From the NCBI RefSeq assembly GCF_006345805.1, contig NC_043001.1, positions 126,976,001-127,040,000 of the forward strand: 64,000 bases of DNA, read 5' to 3'. Position numbers and translations under genes: made by a program. Source of the stretch: Octopus sinensis (taxonomy: Eukaryota). Below the pieces are notes generated by a model. That model made no database searches. It had not been told where the DNA came from and was given only the letters and a program-made list of their open reading frames with translations. Below, piece by piece: positions 1 to 12,955 of the stretch. Numbering within the stretch: position 1 is the first letter of the stretch; each line of letters opens with the position of its first letter.

Positions 1-164
1 TACATAATTTTTTAAAGTGGTCGGGTTCATTCTTAGTATTCTCGTTTGAGAGAGCAGTCTATTTGAGAGAGTTTATTTCAGATATTCTGATTTTAAAAAT
101 GATCTCCGGCTAATCATTTGAGAGGACGTTGGTGTTGCCTTAGTGGAGGTTAGCACTCTCTGAG

Positions 165-1130
165 TACTCTTGTTATTATTGTTATTATGATTATCATCTG
201 AAGATAACTCACAGCTATATTTTGCTGGGTATGATGAAAAGTGTCAGCTGTCCACAGCCAGCAGACTAAGGTGACATGTGTTTGCTGGTCATGCTTAAAG
301 AACCTGCGAAAAATTCTTGCAGTTCCAAGCAATGCTGAAATTTGCAGGTATTCTACCTTCACGCGTACACCAACCTTTTTCAGTCATGTTGTTAGTTGAG
401 TGCTGATACTTTCAAGGGCACCAATTATTATTGGTATCACGTCCACTCTCTTTGTTGATCACAACCTTCGTATTTCCCACTTCAAATCGTCATAGTTGTT
501 TATTTTTTCTTCTTTCACATTGATCATGTTGTCACCGTGGCATGCTATGTCGATTGTTATACATGTTCTTTCTTTTTTATTCACTACAACAATGTCCCTT
601 TTCCGATATCTGATCAGGGGATCGTACTGGATTATTGTCTCCCGCAGAATTTTGCAATTCTCATTCTCGGTGACTCCTTCTGGGGTTTGCTCATATTATG
701 TCTTTGCTTTTTGTAGGCCGTGTTTCCACAGAACTCCCAATGGATCACTCTTGCCACATTGTCATGGTGTCTTTGTATTCGCGTTGTGCCAATTTCGGGC
801 AATTCCGCAGAATTTTCAATTCTCATCTCGGTGACTCCTTCTGGGTTTGCTCATAATTATGTCTTTGCTCTTTGTAGGCCGTGTTTCCACAGAACTCCCA
901 ATGGATCACTCTTGCCACATTGTCATGGAGTCTTTTGTATTCGCGTTGTGCCAATTTCGGGCAATTAACGATGTGCCATACCGTTTCACCCCTCTCACCA
1001 CACATTCGGAATTTGTTGCTGTCGGTAGTGCTGTCTATTCTGCTCTTCACATGGCTGGTCCTTAACGCTTGGTCTTGTGCTGCACATATGAGTGCTTCTG
1101 TCTCTATCATCAGGTAACTCGTCCTTATCC
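165..1130 (-). mobile_element. 3' fragment of R4/Dong-type non-LTR retrotransposon (C-terminal Cys-His knuckle + restriction-like endonuclease region, 3' UTR, (ATA)n-like tail), decayed
   Basis: Minus-strand peptides ETEALICAAQDQALRT...RMCGERGETVWHIVNCPKLAQREYKRLHDNVARVIHWEFCG, RVDVIPIIIGALESI and ALLGTARIFRR match the C-terminus typical of R2/R4-like RLE LINEs; frameshifts and stops present; ends in an ATA-rich tail near 165-200. Confidence 0.85.
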
Positions 1131-1189
1131 ATAGCCAACGGTTCTCTGTATCCGTCTTAGGGTTTACATCTCTTGCAAACTAACCTATT

Positions 1190-1263
1190 ATCATTCTTCT
1201 TCTTCTTCTTCTTCTTCTTCTCTTCTTCTTCTTCTTCTTCTTCTTCTTCTTCTTCTTTTATTC

Positions 1264-1312
<49 letters not shown>

Positions 1313-1372
1313 TATTATTATTATATCATATTATTATTATCATCATCATCATTTATTATATTATTATTATTG
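1190..1372. repeat. Compound (TTC)n/(TAT)n microsatellite
   Basis: Directly visible; a second similar block at about 1435-1705. Confidence 0.95.
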
Positions 1373-1625
1373 AGTGAGAGAGCAGTGCATGCATCAAAGT
1401 GACACTGGGGTAATATATGCGAAGCTCAGTATATCTTCTTTCTTCTTTTCTTCTTGGCTTCTTCTTTTCTTCTTCTTCTTCTTCTTCGTTTACATCTCTT
1501 GCAAACTAACCTATTATCCTTCTTCTTCTTCTTCTTCTCTATTCTGTCTTCTTCTTCTTCGTCTTCTTCTTCTTCTTTCTTCTTCCTTATTCTTATTTAT
1601 TAATTATTATTATTATATTATTATT

Positions 1626-1656
<31 letters not shown>

Positions 1657-1709
1657 CTATCATTATTTATTATTAATCATCATCATATTATTATTATTAT
1701 ATTATTTAA

Positions 1710-2165
1710 TTGATGCGAGAGCAGTGCAGCCATCAAAGTGACAACTGGGGTAATATATGCGAGCTCAGTATACCCATCATGACTATCCGTCTGATAAGGG
1801 TACACTAGGCACAAGCATCACAACCATATGTGCGCGACATAGTGATCTCATATCAAGATAAACAGCGCATTACCTTGCAGATGGGGCCCAGTTAGAATTT
1901 TCTTCTGGTCGAGTAACTCATCCTACTCAAAAGATCCCCGAATAAGGGTTGCTTAAGGACGTTGAACGAAACACCCATATTTCCAAAGGTGAATTATTCA
2001 AACCCCAAAGAATCCCTCTCAACACATGGCTATGATGGTCCCCACTACTTCTGCTCGTGATCAAAGATGAACATATCGTCGGCCACTAAGGGACATGCTC
2101 AACTGGTTATGGTCAAACAACTGACAAGCAAATCTGTGGTATTGAGCAGAATATTTGCTGTAGCC
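1710..2165. mobile_element. Unclassified interspersed repeat
   Basis: Its part at about 2000-2160 recurs in reverse complement at about 19412-19575, and its first ~60 bp are duplicated at 1372-1435. Class not determinable. Confidence 0.6.
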
Positions 2166-2166
2166 C

Positions 2167-2227
<61 letters not shown>

Positions 2228-2332
2228 ATTATTATTTTTATTATTATTATTATTAATCTAATAATAATAATAATAATAATAATGATAATTAATAATAATA
2301 ATAATAATAATAAAATAATAATAATAATAATA
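2167..2332. repeat. (TTA)n followed by (TAA)n microsatellite (inverted arrangement)
   Basis: Directly visible. Confidence 0.95.
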
Positions 2333-2337
2333 AATGC

Positions 2338-2520
2338 TCCAGGGCATTTCTTCCCGTTTTACGTTCAGTGTCCAAATTTCGCCGGGGTTAATTGTGCCTT
2401 TCATCATTTTAGGGTCGATAATTTGAGCACTATTTGCGCACCATTTGAGCACCAAGAGCATCATTTGAGTATTGGGGTGGATGTAATCAACAACCCATCA
2501 GAAATGAAAACCAATTTCAA
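2338..2520 (+). mobile_element. Decayed SINE family A copy
   Basis: Diverged match to the family A body (ttacgttc...caaatt..gcc.gggt...tgcctttcatc.ttt.ggggtcgataa). Confidence 0.6.
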
Positions 2521-3439
2521 GCCTTCCGCCTACAATCGAAAGAATCATCATAATTATTACTGCTATCTTAATTTCTATTTACTTAAATTTTGTATTTTTG
2601 GATTTGCCCAGTGGAACTTATTAATATACACGTCGCTATTAATATCTTAGATTAAACAATCTCCAGAGCTGTTTAAAATGCAAATTGCCGCATTGTTTTT
2701 GTTAGCTGTTGTTCAAAATAAACTAAAATAGCATACCTCCCCTGCAGTTCTTTGGCAGTTTATTTTAATTTAAAAAAACAATTTTTTTCTGTTCTTGTGT
2801 CTCTCTTCATCTGTATCTCCCGTTGTCACTCTTTTCTGTTTGTCCTTCTCATACACCATACTTAAATGTATGTGTGTATATATGTATAATATATATATAA
2901 ATATATATACTATATATGTATACACACACACACACACACACACACACTTTAATACATATATATATATATATATATTATATATATTATATATATCTATATA
3001 TATATATATATATATATCTATATATATATATATACATATCTACTAACACATGGTACTATATACACAGATATATACACACGTAAATACATGCACGCATACA
3101 CATACATAAATGCACATGCACACGTTTTATCTAATTTGTTATACATCGGTGCATATATGTCTTTATGTGTCTGTAGTGTATTTTAATATCATCGAACACA
3201 CACCACACACACACACACACATATATATATAGCTATATGCAAATGTCTGTGTGAATGAGTTTCTATATATACATGCACGTAGTATATGTGTGGGGTCGTA
3301 TGAGACCGTGCGCATGCGTACGTATGTGGACATGTCTTGAACGTATTATTTACATGTTTCTATTTGAATTATCCGAGGCCATAGTCAACCGGCTGAATAA
3401 TAAATCTACACCTCACTACATACAACCACCAACAAAATC

Positions 3440-5060
3440 ACCACCACTATCACCAATACCACAGCCATTCACCACCACAACCACCACCATCACCAATACT
3501 ACAGCTTTTCATCACCACAACCACCATCGTCACCAATAGCACACATTCCCTACCACGACCAAAACTATCACCAATTCCACAGCCATTCTTCGCCACTAAC
3601 ATCATCAATACCACAGCCATTTACCACCACCGCCACCACTATCACCAATACCACATCAATTCACCATCACAAACCCGATCATCACCAATACCACAGACGT
3701 TCACCACCACAACAACCGTCAACATCAATATCGCAAACATCACCACCCATACCACAGCCATTCACCACAACAACCACCACCATCACCAACACCAAAGTCA
3801 TTCACCACCACAACCAGCACCATCACCAATACCGCAGCCATTTACCACCACTACCACCATCATCACCAACACCACAGCTATTCAACATCACCACCATCAC
3901 TATATCGCCAATACCACAACCATATACACCACAACCACTAGCGTCACCAATATCACAGCCATTCACCACCACAACCACAGACATTCACAACCACAACCAC
4001 CACCATCACCACTACCACTGCCATTCACCACCATCACCACTACCACAGCCATTCACCACCACAGCCACTACCATCACCAATACCACAGCTATTTACCACC
4101 GTTATCACCAATGTCACAACCCTTCAACACCACCACCACCATCACCACCACCATCGCCACTACCAGTCATTCACCACCACCACCACCACCAGCACCAATA
4201 CCAAAGCTATCTACCACCACCGCCACAACCACCACCATTATAAATACCACAGCCATTTACCACCACAACCACCACCATTACCAATATCACAGACATTCAC
4301 CACAAACACCACTACAACTACCACCAGCACCGCTACCACAGACATTCACAGCTACCGCCTTCACCAATACCACAGCCATTCACCACTAACACCAATGCAG
4401 CCACCATTCACCACCACAACAACCATCATTACGAATACCACAGCTATTTACCACCACGACCACCACAACTACCACCATCACCACTACCACAGCCATTCAC
4501 CTCCACCACCACCATAAGCATCACACATACCCCATCCATACACCACGACCACGACCACAAACCACCACTACCACCACTATCACCAATACCACAGCCATTC
4601 ATCACCACTACTACTACCACCAGCATCACCAATACCACAACCATTCACCACCACAACCACCACCATCACCAATACCACAGCCATACACCACCACAACCAC
4701 CACCATCACCAATACCACAGCCATACACCACCACAACTACCACCATCACCATTACCACAGCCATTCACCATCACAACCACCACCATCACCAATACCACAC
4801 CCATACACCACTACAACCACCACCATCACCAATACCACAGCCATTCACCATCACAACCATCACCACATCCACCACTATCACCAATGCCACAGCCCTCCAC
4901 CTCCATCACCATCAACACTACCACAGCCATTCATCACCAGCACCTTCTCCAATACCATAACCATTCAACACCACAACCACCACCATCACCAATATCACAG
5001 CTATTCACAACCACAACCACCACATCCGTAACCACCACCATTACCTACAACACCACCACT
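3440..5060. repeat. Degenerate 40-bp CA-rich minisatellite (consensus ccattcaccaccacaaccaccaccatcaccaataccacag)
   Basis: Near-perfect 40-bp units at 4641-4860; degenerate copies extend both ways. Confidence 0.9.
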
Positions 5061-8000
5061 GTCACCTCCTGTATACCACTATCCATCACCACAGTTATCA
5101 AGTCCTTCAGTCAACCATCACCACCGTTACCAACTCCACGTTTACCAAACTTCAGCACCAAGCACCTCTTCAGTCATCTCAATGCGGTGATCATAACTAG
5201 TCACTACAACAATTGACAACCTCCACCATCACTACCATCAATCAGTACGGCAGCTTTCATTAGCCACCAACACCAACACCACCACTCACCGCCACTCACC
5301 ACCACCACCACCACCACCACCACCACTAATACCGCAGTAACAACAACTTCAACAACAAACATAACAACACCGTGAACAAAAGACTATAAATTGCAACTCC
5401 TCCAACCAAAAGCACTTCCACCACACCCCTACAAGACCAAACCACATGATACTTTTGTCAATAAGATGACTTTTCAGTACATTACCTAGATTTATTGTTT
5501 ATTTGTGTTTTCTTCGAGGATTTCTCAGTATAAATGTTTTCCTTTGCCTTTCATTCTAATTTTATCTAAATAAATTCAATTAATTTTTAACAACCACCAC
5601 AACTGCGGCTACAATAACAATGCAAATAACAAACACAAACACATATGAATGACAGTGAGTCAACGTGTTTGTTATCCATCTGAGCACTCGACAGGCTAGA
5701 CATAGCAACTGAATTCTTCTTGAAATACCACAATTCTTTAAAACGGAATTCTTAAAACCAGACTGAATCAGAACACATGAATATGAGAATACATATGAAA
5801 ATACTCTATTAAAATGCAGACGGGAATGAAAATAAAATTCGATAGATTGACAACGTGAATTATGAAGGTAAATTTGACATACGTAAATTTAAAGCAAGAA
5901 GCAAGATTATAACAAAGCACAACTAACCCAAATCTTAGAATACTTAGAAAGCATTATCTAGCAACAGCCATACATGAGAGACAAATACAAGAGATACAAT
6001 TCAATGCATTGCCAACAGCAGCAGACAAAGAATTTAGAAAAAAATCAGTGATAGAAATGATAGTTCCAAACAAGAAAGTTAAAAGCAATAAATATATCAC
6101 TGAAATAATCGTGGGAAATAATGGCACTAGAATTAATTCAGCCGTTAGATCAAATAAAAATTCAGAAAGCACAAGGACGTTGTAATCCGTAATTTCAAGG
6201 AGTGAGTATCTAACCATAAATGTATTTCGAACTTCAAATGTTGCCGATTAACGAAGACATTTAATACTATTTGTCCAATAATAAGTAGCGAGTATGCATA
6301 TGCACGGGCTGTCGAGATCTTACGTAATTTTACAGTTAGTAATTAGCATAAAAAATATAAAACAATTACGCAAAGTTGAATACAGCAGACATGTTTCGAA
6401 AGTTCACTAATGCCACCAACTGAAATTTATTAATCTCAAAGTTTTTTTTTTCTTTTACTTTCTTCGACGTCGACGATGCACAAGTGAGATTATGGGCAAA
6501 ATTCCAAATTTTAAAATGGCAAACGAAGCGATATTAGTAACAGCCCACATCAGTTATTTTTCCAAATTCCTAAATTAATCCTTCAATTCTTCTACCATCA
6601 AATTTCTCTAAACGGGGCAGTCGGAGTGGGTTTGGAAGAACAACTTTAGATAGAGTTCACCTCATTATTATATTCATTTCAGTACAGCTGTAAATTTATC
6701 CATTTGGTGGTTGGAAGTTAAGCTTTGAACACCTCGAGTCATTTATCATGAATATCAAATCTATAATAAATAGCAAGATACATTACACAATGCGCAGTAC
6801 AATCTAATAAATGTAGAAGGCACCTTTACATACACAGTTAGCGTAAACATTTTACTATTACCAGAACTGTTACGCACACATATTACTCTGTCTTCTATAT
6901 CGGATATATAGAAATGTGCTCACGCATACAGGAATGTAAGCGCGCTGCCCCAATCGGCTGCCATTTTGACATTTTTTTCATATGTATAACTTCGATCTTG
7001 GGTTATTCTAAATTTTGTGTCCATCAGAGGTAGATGCCCCATACTTGAGACCTGGATATCATATTACACAAGTTAATCAATGAACAGCTTTCATTTTATT
7101 GTTTTAGAGACCAGATTATTATATGAACTTGGGGAAATTGACAACGGAAATTTTTCAGGGAGGATACTCTTCTAATTGCATCTTCATATTGTATTATGTA
7201 AGAAAATGAAATTCTGTTATCTACTTTTATTTACTTTCATTAACTTTTGCTAATGAGCAATAATTATATGTGAACTATTTTGTGAAGATCATGTTTTGAA
7301 ATATCATGCAGTTACAACTTGTTGACATTTGCTCTGGAGACGTCGTGTTCCAATTATTTTAAATGTTAGCGAATAAAAAATATTAACAAGTAAATTATTC
7401 ATTATATTCTGAATCAAAAGATGTTTGAACATTCTCTAAACATATAGATATATATAGAGAATCGAACCGAACAATTGGTTTAATAACATGTTGTTTCCAA
7501 ATAGAAATTTATTCGATTAGATTTTGAGAAAATTAACAGATAACACAGATAGCTTAGATAAGTTATTAACATTAAAGCAAAATAATAAAATTTAGAATTT
7601 TAGGTGCATACTGTTAGTCTCAGAGGCCTTTTCATTGATCATACCTTTCGAATGCGTACAGCACAACTACCAGGAGCTTATACGCCGCCTCTAAAGCATC
7701 TACTTTTTACATAGAATGGCTAAAGTTGCCATCTCGAACACATAGGTCTTAAATAAGGTGATAGACAATACGATGGTTAGTGTCACAAATGATGCAGACT
7801 GCATAAGAATGCATGTTTCTGATAAATGGCTTTCAAGGTATGAAAATCAGTGCCAAATATCCTCTGAACGGTGAGCTAGAGATATGAAACTTTAGAACGT
7901 TTGTTATCTTAGCGAACCCATCAATAATTGATTTCGTAACGACTGATTCAACCGTGCAGTGGTAAAACATTCTTCAGGATACCATCGTTCGGTTTGTATT

Positions 8001-10014
8001 TCGTTAGTATTCAAGAAAATTAAGACGTTTTACTAAATGGTAAAGTCGTCTTTAATATACTTATTGAAGTGCACTACGAAATCTAAATAACTTAAAGAAA
8101 GAATCCTTATCTATTGATGAATTGTGGTGTGCTTAAGAAAAGCTTAAGAAAAGCAAAGGAAGCAACAGCAAAGTTTTAATTAATGAAAATCAATTTCAAT
8201 CTCTAATGTGGGCAATTTAGTTGGGAGCAAGCCTGATCTTAGCAGTGCAATGACAAGTCTGGACGCAATTCAGCCTTATACTTCATCGGAAAAATATAGT
8301 TTTTCTCTTCCATACGAGTCCAATTTTAATCAATTGGAATTTCATGGCCCGTAGCAGAAAATACATTAGCATTGACATTACAATTTGGTTTCCATACGGA
8401 ACGTGTTTAAAGTTATTTCTTCAATAGCTATTGTTCTATATGGATGGATAAATTTCAGTTCAGCAAAGAGTATCTGTTATACATATACAGACAGATCCCT
8501 GACCCGGAAGCAGCTCTTCTTCTTGACATATTTTGCTTTGTCAATATATCAACAAAAAATAAATCTGGTGCCCATTAGTCATAGTTTTGCAAACTTCTTG
8601 TATGAATGCTTGCAAGAGAGTGTACGCTACTGAAAAACCTCGAAACCAGATGGTATTTTTAAGCCGGTGGACAGATTAAGTATATCGTCGAAATCATGAT
8701 GCGAATATAAGGAGAAAAAATTACCTTAGTATTCTGCCAATCATGATGCATGTCCAAGTGTTATAATTTTAAAAACGTTTGGAAAAAAGCTATCAAACGA
8801 ATTACAAGGCATAATATTTAACCTAACGAAACAGCTTGACTATGAAATGAGGTATAAGCCTTAATCAAATTCTTTTACATTTTAAGATAATAAACGATGC
8901 AAAGGTTTATAAATTTATGCTCGACCGTTCGCTAGTATTTAATTATACTCACAAAAAGATGCAAAATTTCAAGCTATATTATTTTAGACAGAATATTTAA
9001 CGCTTAATATATTGCACTTATGAAAGCAAACTTTAAACAAATTTTAGAGTTGATTATCTCCAGCAAGTGATTTGATCTGAAACAACGTATTTCAACTAAA
9101 GCAATTATACTATGGTCGGCTCATTTTAACCATTCAAAAACACACAGAAACGGTTAACTCATTAACTATTTATAACTTACTGTCACAATTTGCGTGGAAC
9201 TGTCGCTGACCTAATCACTCATATAGTTTTAGTGGCCAGTTCACAGACAATGCAACGAAAATTCCGACCCCAAGTATTATGTGATTAGGTGGTGTTAATT
9301 TTTGTGTTCTTATGGATAGCTACAATAATACAACCAAACCTTATTTGCTCAGACAAATTCCCATCCAAACTATTATGTGAGTCAAATGTATAGATTACGA
9401 TGATAATTATTCCCACAAAAGACAGCATGATTTTGTGAATTGTGTTTTAAATACTGCTGAGTTGTTAAAGGCTGGGTTATAAATTATATTTAACCATATT
9501 CTCGGCGTTAATGTTTGTAAACTCTATTCCAGATGTTTTTGCAATAGCATATAAGGCTCTGAGGCGGAGAAAACAGTTTTTCGTACTTTTCTTCTCAAAT
9601 GCCAACTCCAGATATTTTGAGAGATATATGAATAGCGAAGTAAATGCTAATAGAGATAAAAGTAGATTTCGAAGGATGCCATAGAAGTTTATAAGAAAGT
9701 AAAACTGACCACATGTATAACATACATTACAATTAATATTATATGAGCATAGATAGTTTGTATAGGTTAAATATAATCGTCAGACTGGAATTAATAAAAA
9801 TGGCAGACAAAATAAACACAGAAGAAAATATTCTAACAAATCTTCGAGACAGATAACGACAATAACAATGTGCATAGCCTATATCCTCAAGATATAAAGT
9901 ACGCTGCATATGGACTTTGTGAAAAGTATGCGAAGATTACTACAGTGCTCTCACGAATGGGTATATTTTGCAAAGCAAGTAAATTAAAATATCTTAATAT
10001 ACCTATCTTTATAT

Positions 10015-10378
10015 AGGCGCAGGAGTGGATGTGTGGTAAGTAGCTTGCTAACCAACCACATGGTTCCGGGTTCAGTCCCATTGCGTGGCATCTTGGGCAA
10101 GTGTCTTCTGCTATAGTCCAGAGCCGACCAATGCCTTGTGAATGGATTTGGTAGACGGAAACTGAAAGAAGCCTGTCTTATATATGTGCTTGTCCCCCTA
10201 GCTTTCATTGACAACCGATGCTGGTGTGTTTACGTTCGGCAAAAAGAGACCGATAGAATAAGTACTGGGCTTACAAAGAATAAGTCTCGGGGTCGATTTG
10301 CTCGACTAAAGGCGGTGCTCCAGCATGGCCGCAGTCAAATGACTGAAACAAGTAAAAGAGAATAAAAGAGAATAAAAA
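10015..10378 (+). mobile_element. tRNA-headed SINE family B (Octopus-type)
   Basis: Head aggcgcaggagtggatgtgtggtaag...ggttcagtccca, then ccttgggcaagtgtcttc body and (AAAAGAG/T)n tail; homologous copies at 33716, 35111, 49770 and 50455. Confidence 0.9.
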
Positions 10379-10703
10379 TACCGCGGAAGCAATATTAATT
10401 AAACGATTTCATTTTACTATTCATTCAGAAAAGGAAAAGCAGCGGTTCTGGAATCGTATGATTGGAACTCAATGTTGTTGATGTTCGGGTTGATGTTAGT
10501 GGGAAGGGAATTTTAGGGGAAAGGGATTGAAGAAAATGTTTATTGCAAATGCTGGAGACGTAACATGGTAAGGGTGACGGCAAAAGAAAGAATGGGTGTA
10601 TTGAGTGATCCTGGATGAAAGTTATACGCAGAAAGCAGTAGGAAAAATTGTAGAAGTAGCAGATGAACCAAAGAAAAATAATGCGATCGAAATTTAGTAG
10701 TTA

Positions 10704-11101
10704 CTAGCAGTATCGCCCGGCGTTGCTCGGGTTTGTAAGGGAAATAACTATATAAGCATTTTTAGAGATGTAAAGTATAATAGCCATCTCAATATGGCTA
10801 ACCACAAAGTGGGGGGTGTTACTGTAGCTTTTTTACGTTCTGAGATTTAATAATAAATTTTTAGAGAGTTACTTCCCTTATATATGCCAAAAATGCATTA
10901 AAAATGGGAAAAATTGATGGTAATCTTTTTTTTAAATCGTAGACTCATCGTAGACGCGCGCTAATACCCAGAAGGGCTCGATATGAATCACGACTATAAG
11001 ATAACCGGTTTTGGTTAAACTGCACCGCAAAATGTGGGAGTAGTTAGGATTCTAAATCGTAGGAGACAGACAGCACACAACCTTACTTTTATATATAAAA
11101 A
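10704..11101 (-). mobile_element. Non-autonomous Helitron, copy 1
   Basis: Minus strand ends ...cccgagcaacgccgggcgatactgCTAG followed by T (subterminal hairpin cccg/cggg 8 nt before CTAG); 5' end TT(=TC mutated)TTTATATATAAAAG. Confidence 0.8.
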
Positions 11102-11501
11102 CTAGCAGTATCGCCCGGCGTTGCTCGGGTTTGTAAGGGAAATAACTATATAAGCATTTTTAGAGAGTTATAGCCAAAAAATAGCAAAAACATGCATTAA
11201 AAATGGAAAATAAATGATGGTAATTTTTTTTTAAATCGTTGACTCATCGTAGACATTTTTAGAGAGTTACTTCCCTTATATAATAGCGAAAAAATGCATT
11301 AAAATGGAAAAAATGATGGTAAATATTTTTTTAAATCGTAGACTCATCGTAGACGCGCGTTAATACCCAGAAGGGCTCGATATGAATCGCGACTATAAGC
11401 TACCCGGTTTTGGTTAAACTGCACCGCAAAATGTGGGAGTAGTTAGGAATCTAAATCGTAGGAGACAGACGCTCACACAACTTCACTTTTATATATAAAG
11501 A
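11102..11501 (-). mobile_element. Non-autonomous Helitron, copy 2 (head-to-tail with copy 1)
   Basis: Minus strand A|TCTTTATATATAAAAG...hairpin...CTAG|T, no TSD; canonical Helitron termini. Confidence 0.85.
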
Positions 11502-12212
11502 TTACGAAATACGAAAGAGTCTGCTTTCATTGGATGCTTATAGTATTAGACGTGCGTAATATTTGAACTATCCGATATGAAACCAATATTGAAATGAAGG
11601 TGATTTTAAGTTTTGTAGAATGCTTCGAGATTGACTCTGAGAAGAAAGCTTCGATATCGAGATTCAGATATGGTAATATTCTATATGTGAAGCCAATTTC
11701 ATAAATCAACAAGGATTATATGACCCTATAATTGTAGCATCTTTGGTTGTGTAGTAATCAATCATATGTGCATCACTGAGCCATGAAATGAAACTGGGTT
11801 GTCATGTCGCTACTGAATGATTATTACTAGGACACTGCTTAAGTAAACACTGCATGACTGATATTTAATTTGTTGGATGCGTATGCATAACACTTCAGTG
11901 TCTGAAGGCGGAGATTAAAATTCAATGTGATATGGGCGAGAGTTGTTGAAAATATCAGCACATAGGTAATAAATCAGTTGACGAAATCGTTAAGAGATAT
12001 CATCAAATCTTGGTCATATCCTGGTCACAATGTGCTCCCTCGCATTCTTGTAACGTTCGTCAAACAATATGTTACAGGTTATGAAATATAACATTCTGAT
12101 TAGTCATCTACCATAACGTGCAATATATTGCTTTAAGATATAAAAACAATACCCATACTGGACGTGCCTATGTTTCTAATCTATGAACCACAAATTGCCA
12201 TATTATATATAT

Positions 12213-12256
<44 letters not shown>

Positions 12257-12504
12257 CACATACATACATACTCACTATATATTCCCTATATGTATATTTA
12301 GAATATATATAGTGTAATACATACATACTTGTATACATACATGCATACATGCGTACATTCATACATGCATACATACATGATGGTATACTTAGATAAACAT
12401 TTGTGAATGTGAGTGAGATTGCCTACGTAGTTGTGGTTTGCATATAGATAGCGAAACATCTCTGACGTGAATCTATGTGGTAAACATAGATTAGAAAAGC
12501 TCAA

Positions 12505-12870
12505 GCTTTAGTCTCTCCAACGCCGCCGTTAGTGCTACATCATCTGCATGATGTGGAAAATATTCCATCAGCATTTCCCAAATGATGTTGGCATCGCTTT
12601 TAACATACACCCAAGACTTGGACATCGTAAATCATATTCGCATCACATAACAACAATACGGTACAATTATTTCACTTCGATTGGCACCGCTCTCTTTAGC
12701 ATTGCGCCAAAAACATTAAGGCAGAAACAGACCCCATAAACTTCAAGAAGTCTTTGGACAAATTCCTTCAAAAATTTCCGGATAAACCTCCTACACCCAG
12801 ATATGTCTCCGTAAACAATAACTCTCTCCTCGAGTGGGCCATGTTGTCCGATTCCTGATTTGAATGACTT
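12505..12870 (+). mobile_element. 3' fragment of CR1/L2-group LINE
   Basis: LQRRR..YIICMMWKIFHQHFPNDVGIAF..HPRLG...NYFTSIGTALF...FKKSLDKFLQK; homologous to 45770-46080. Confidence 0.75.
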
Positions 12871-12955
12871 TGCCAGGTGGTGCTATTAGTTATACATGAC
12901 CTGGGCCAATACTGACCGAAGCCTATCAAAGTATCAAAGCATATATATGTATATA

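Noticed and set aside
4111-5216. Thr/Pro/His-rich mucin-like ORFs
   Set aside because: They derive from a 40-bp unit that shifts frame every repeat; no long continuous ORF or splice evidence.
5954-6217. Small membrane protein on the minus strand
   Set aside because: Hydrophobicity is expected from the antisense of an A-rich plus-strand frame; no recognisable family.
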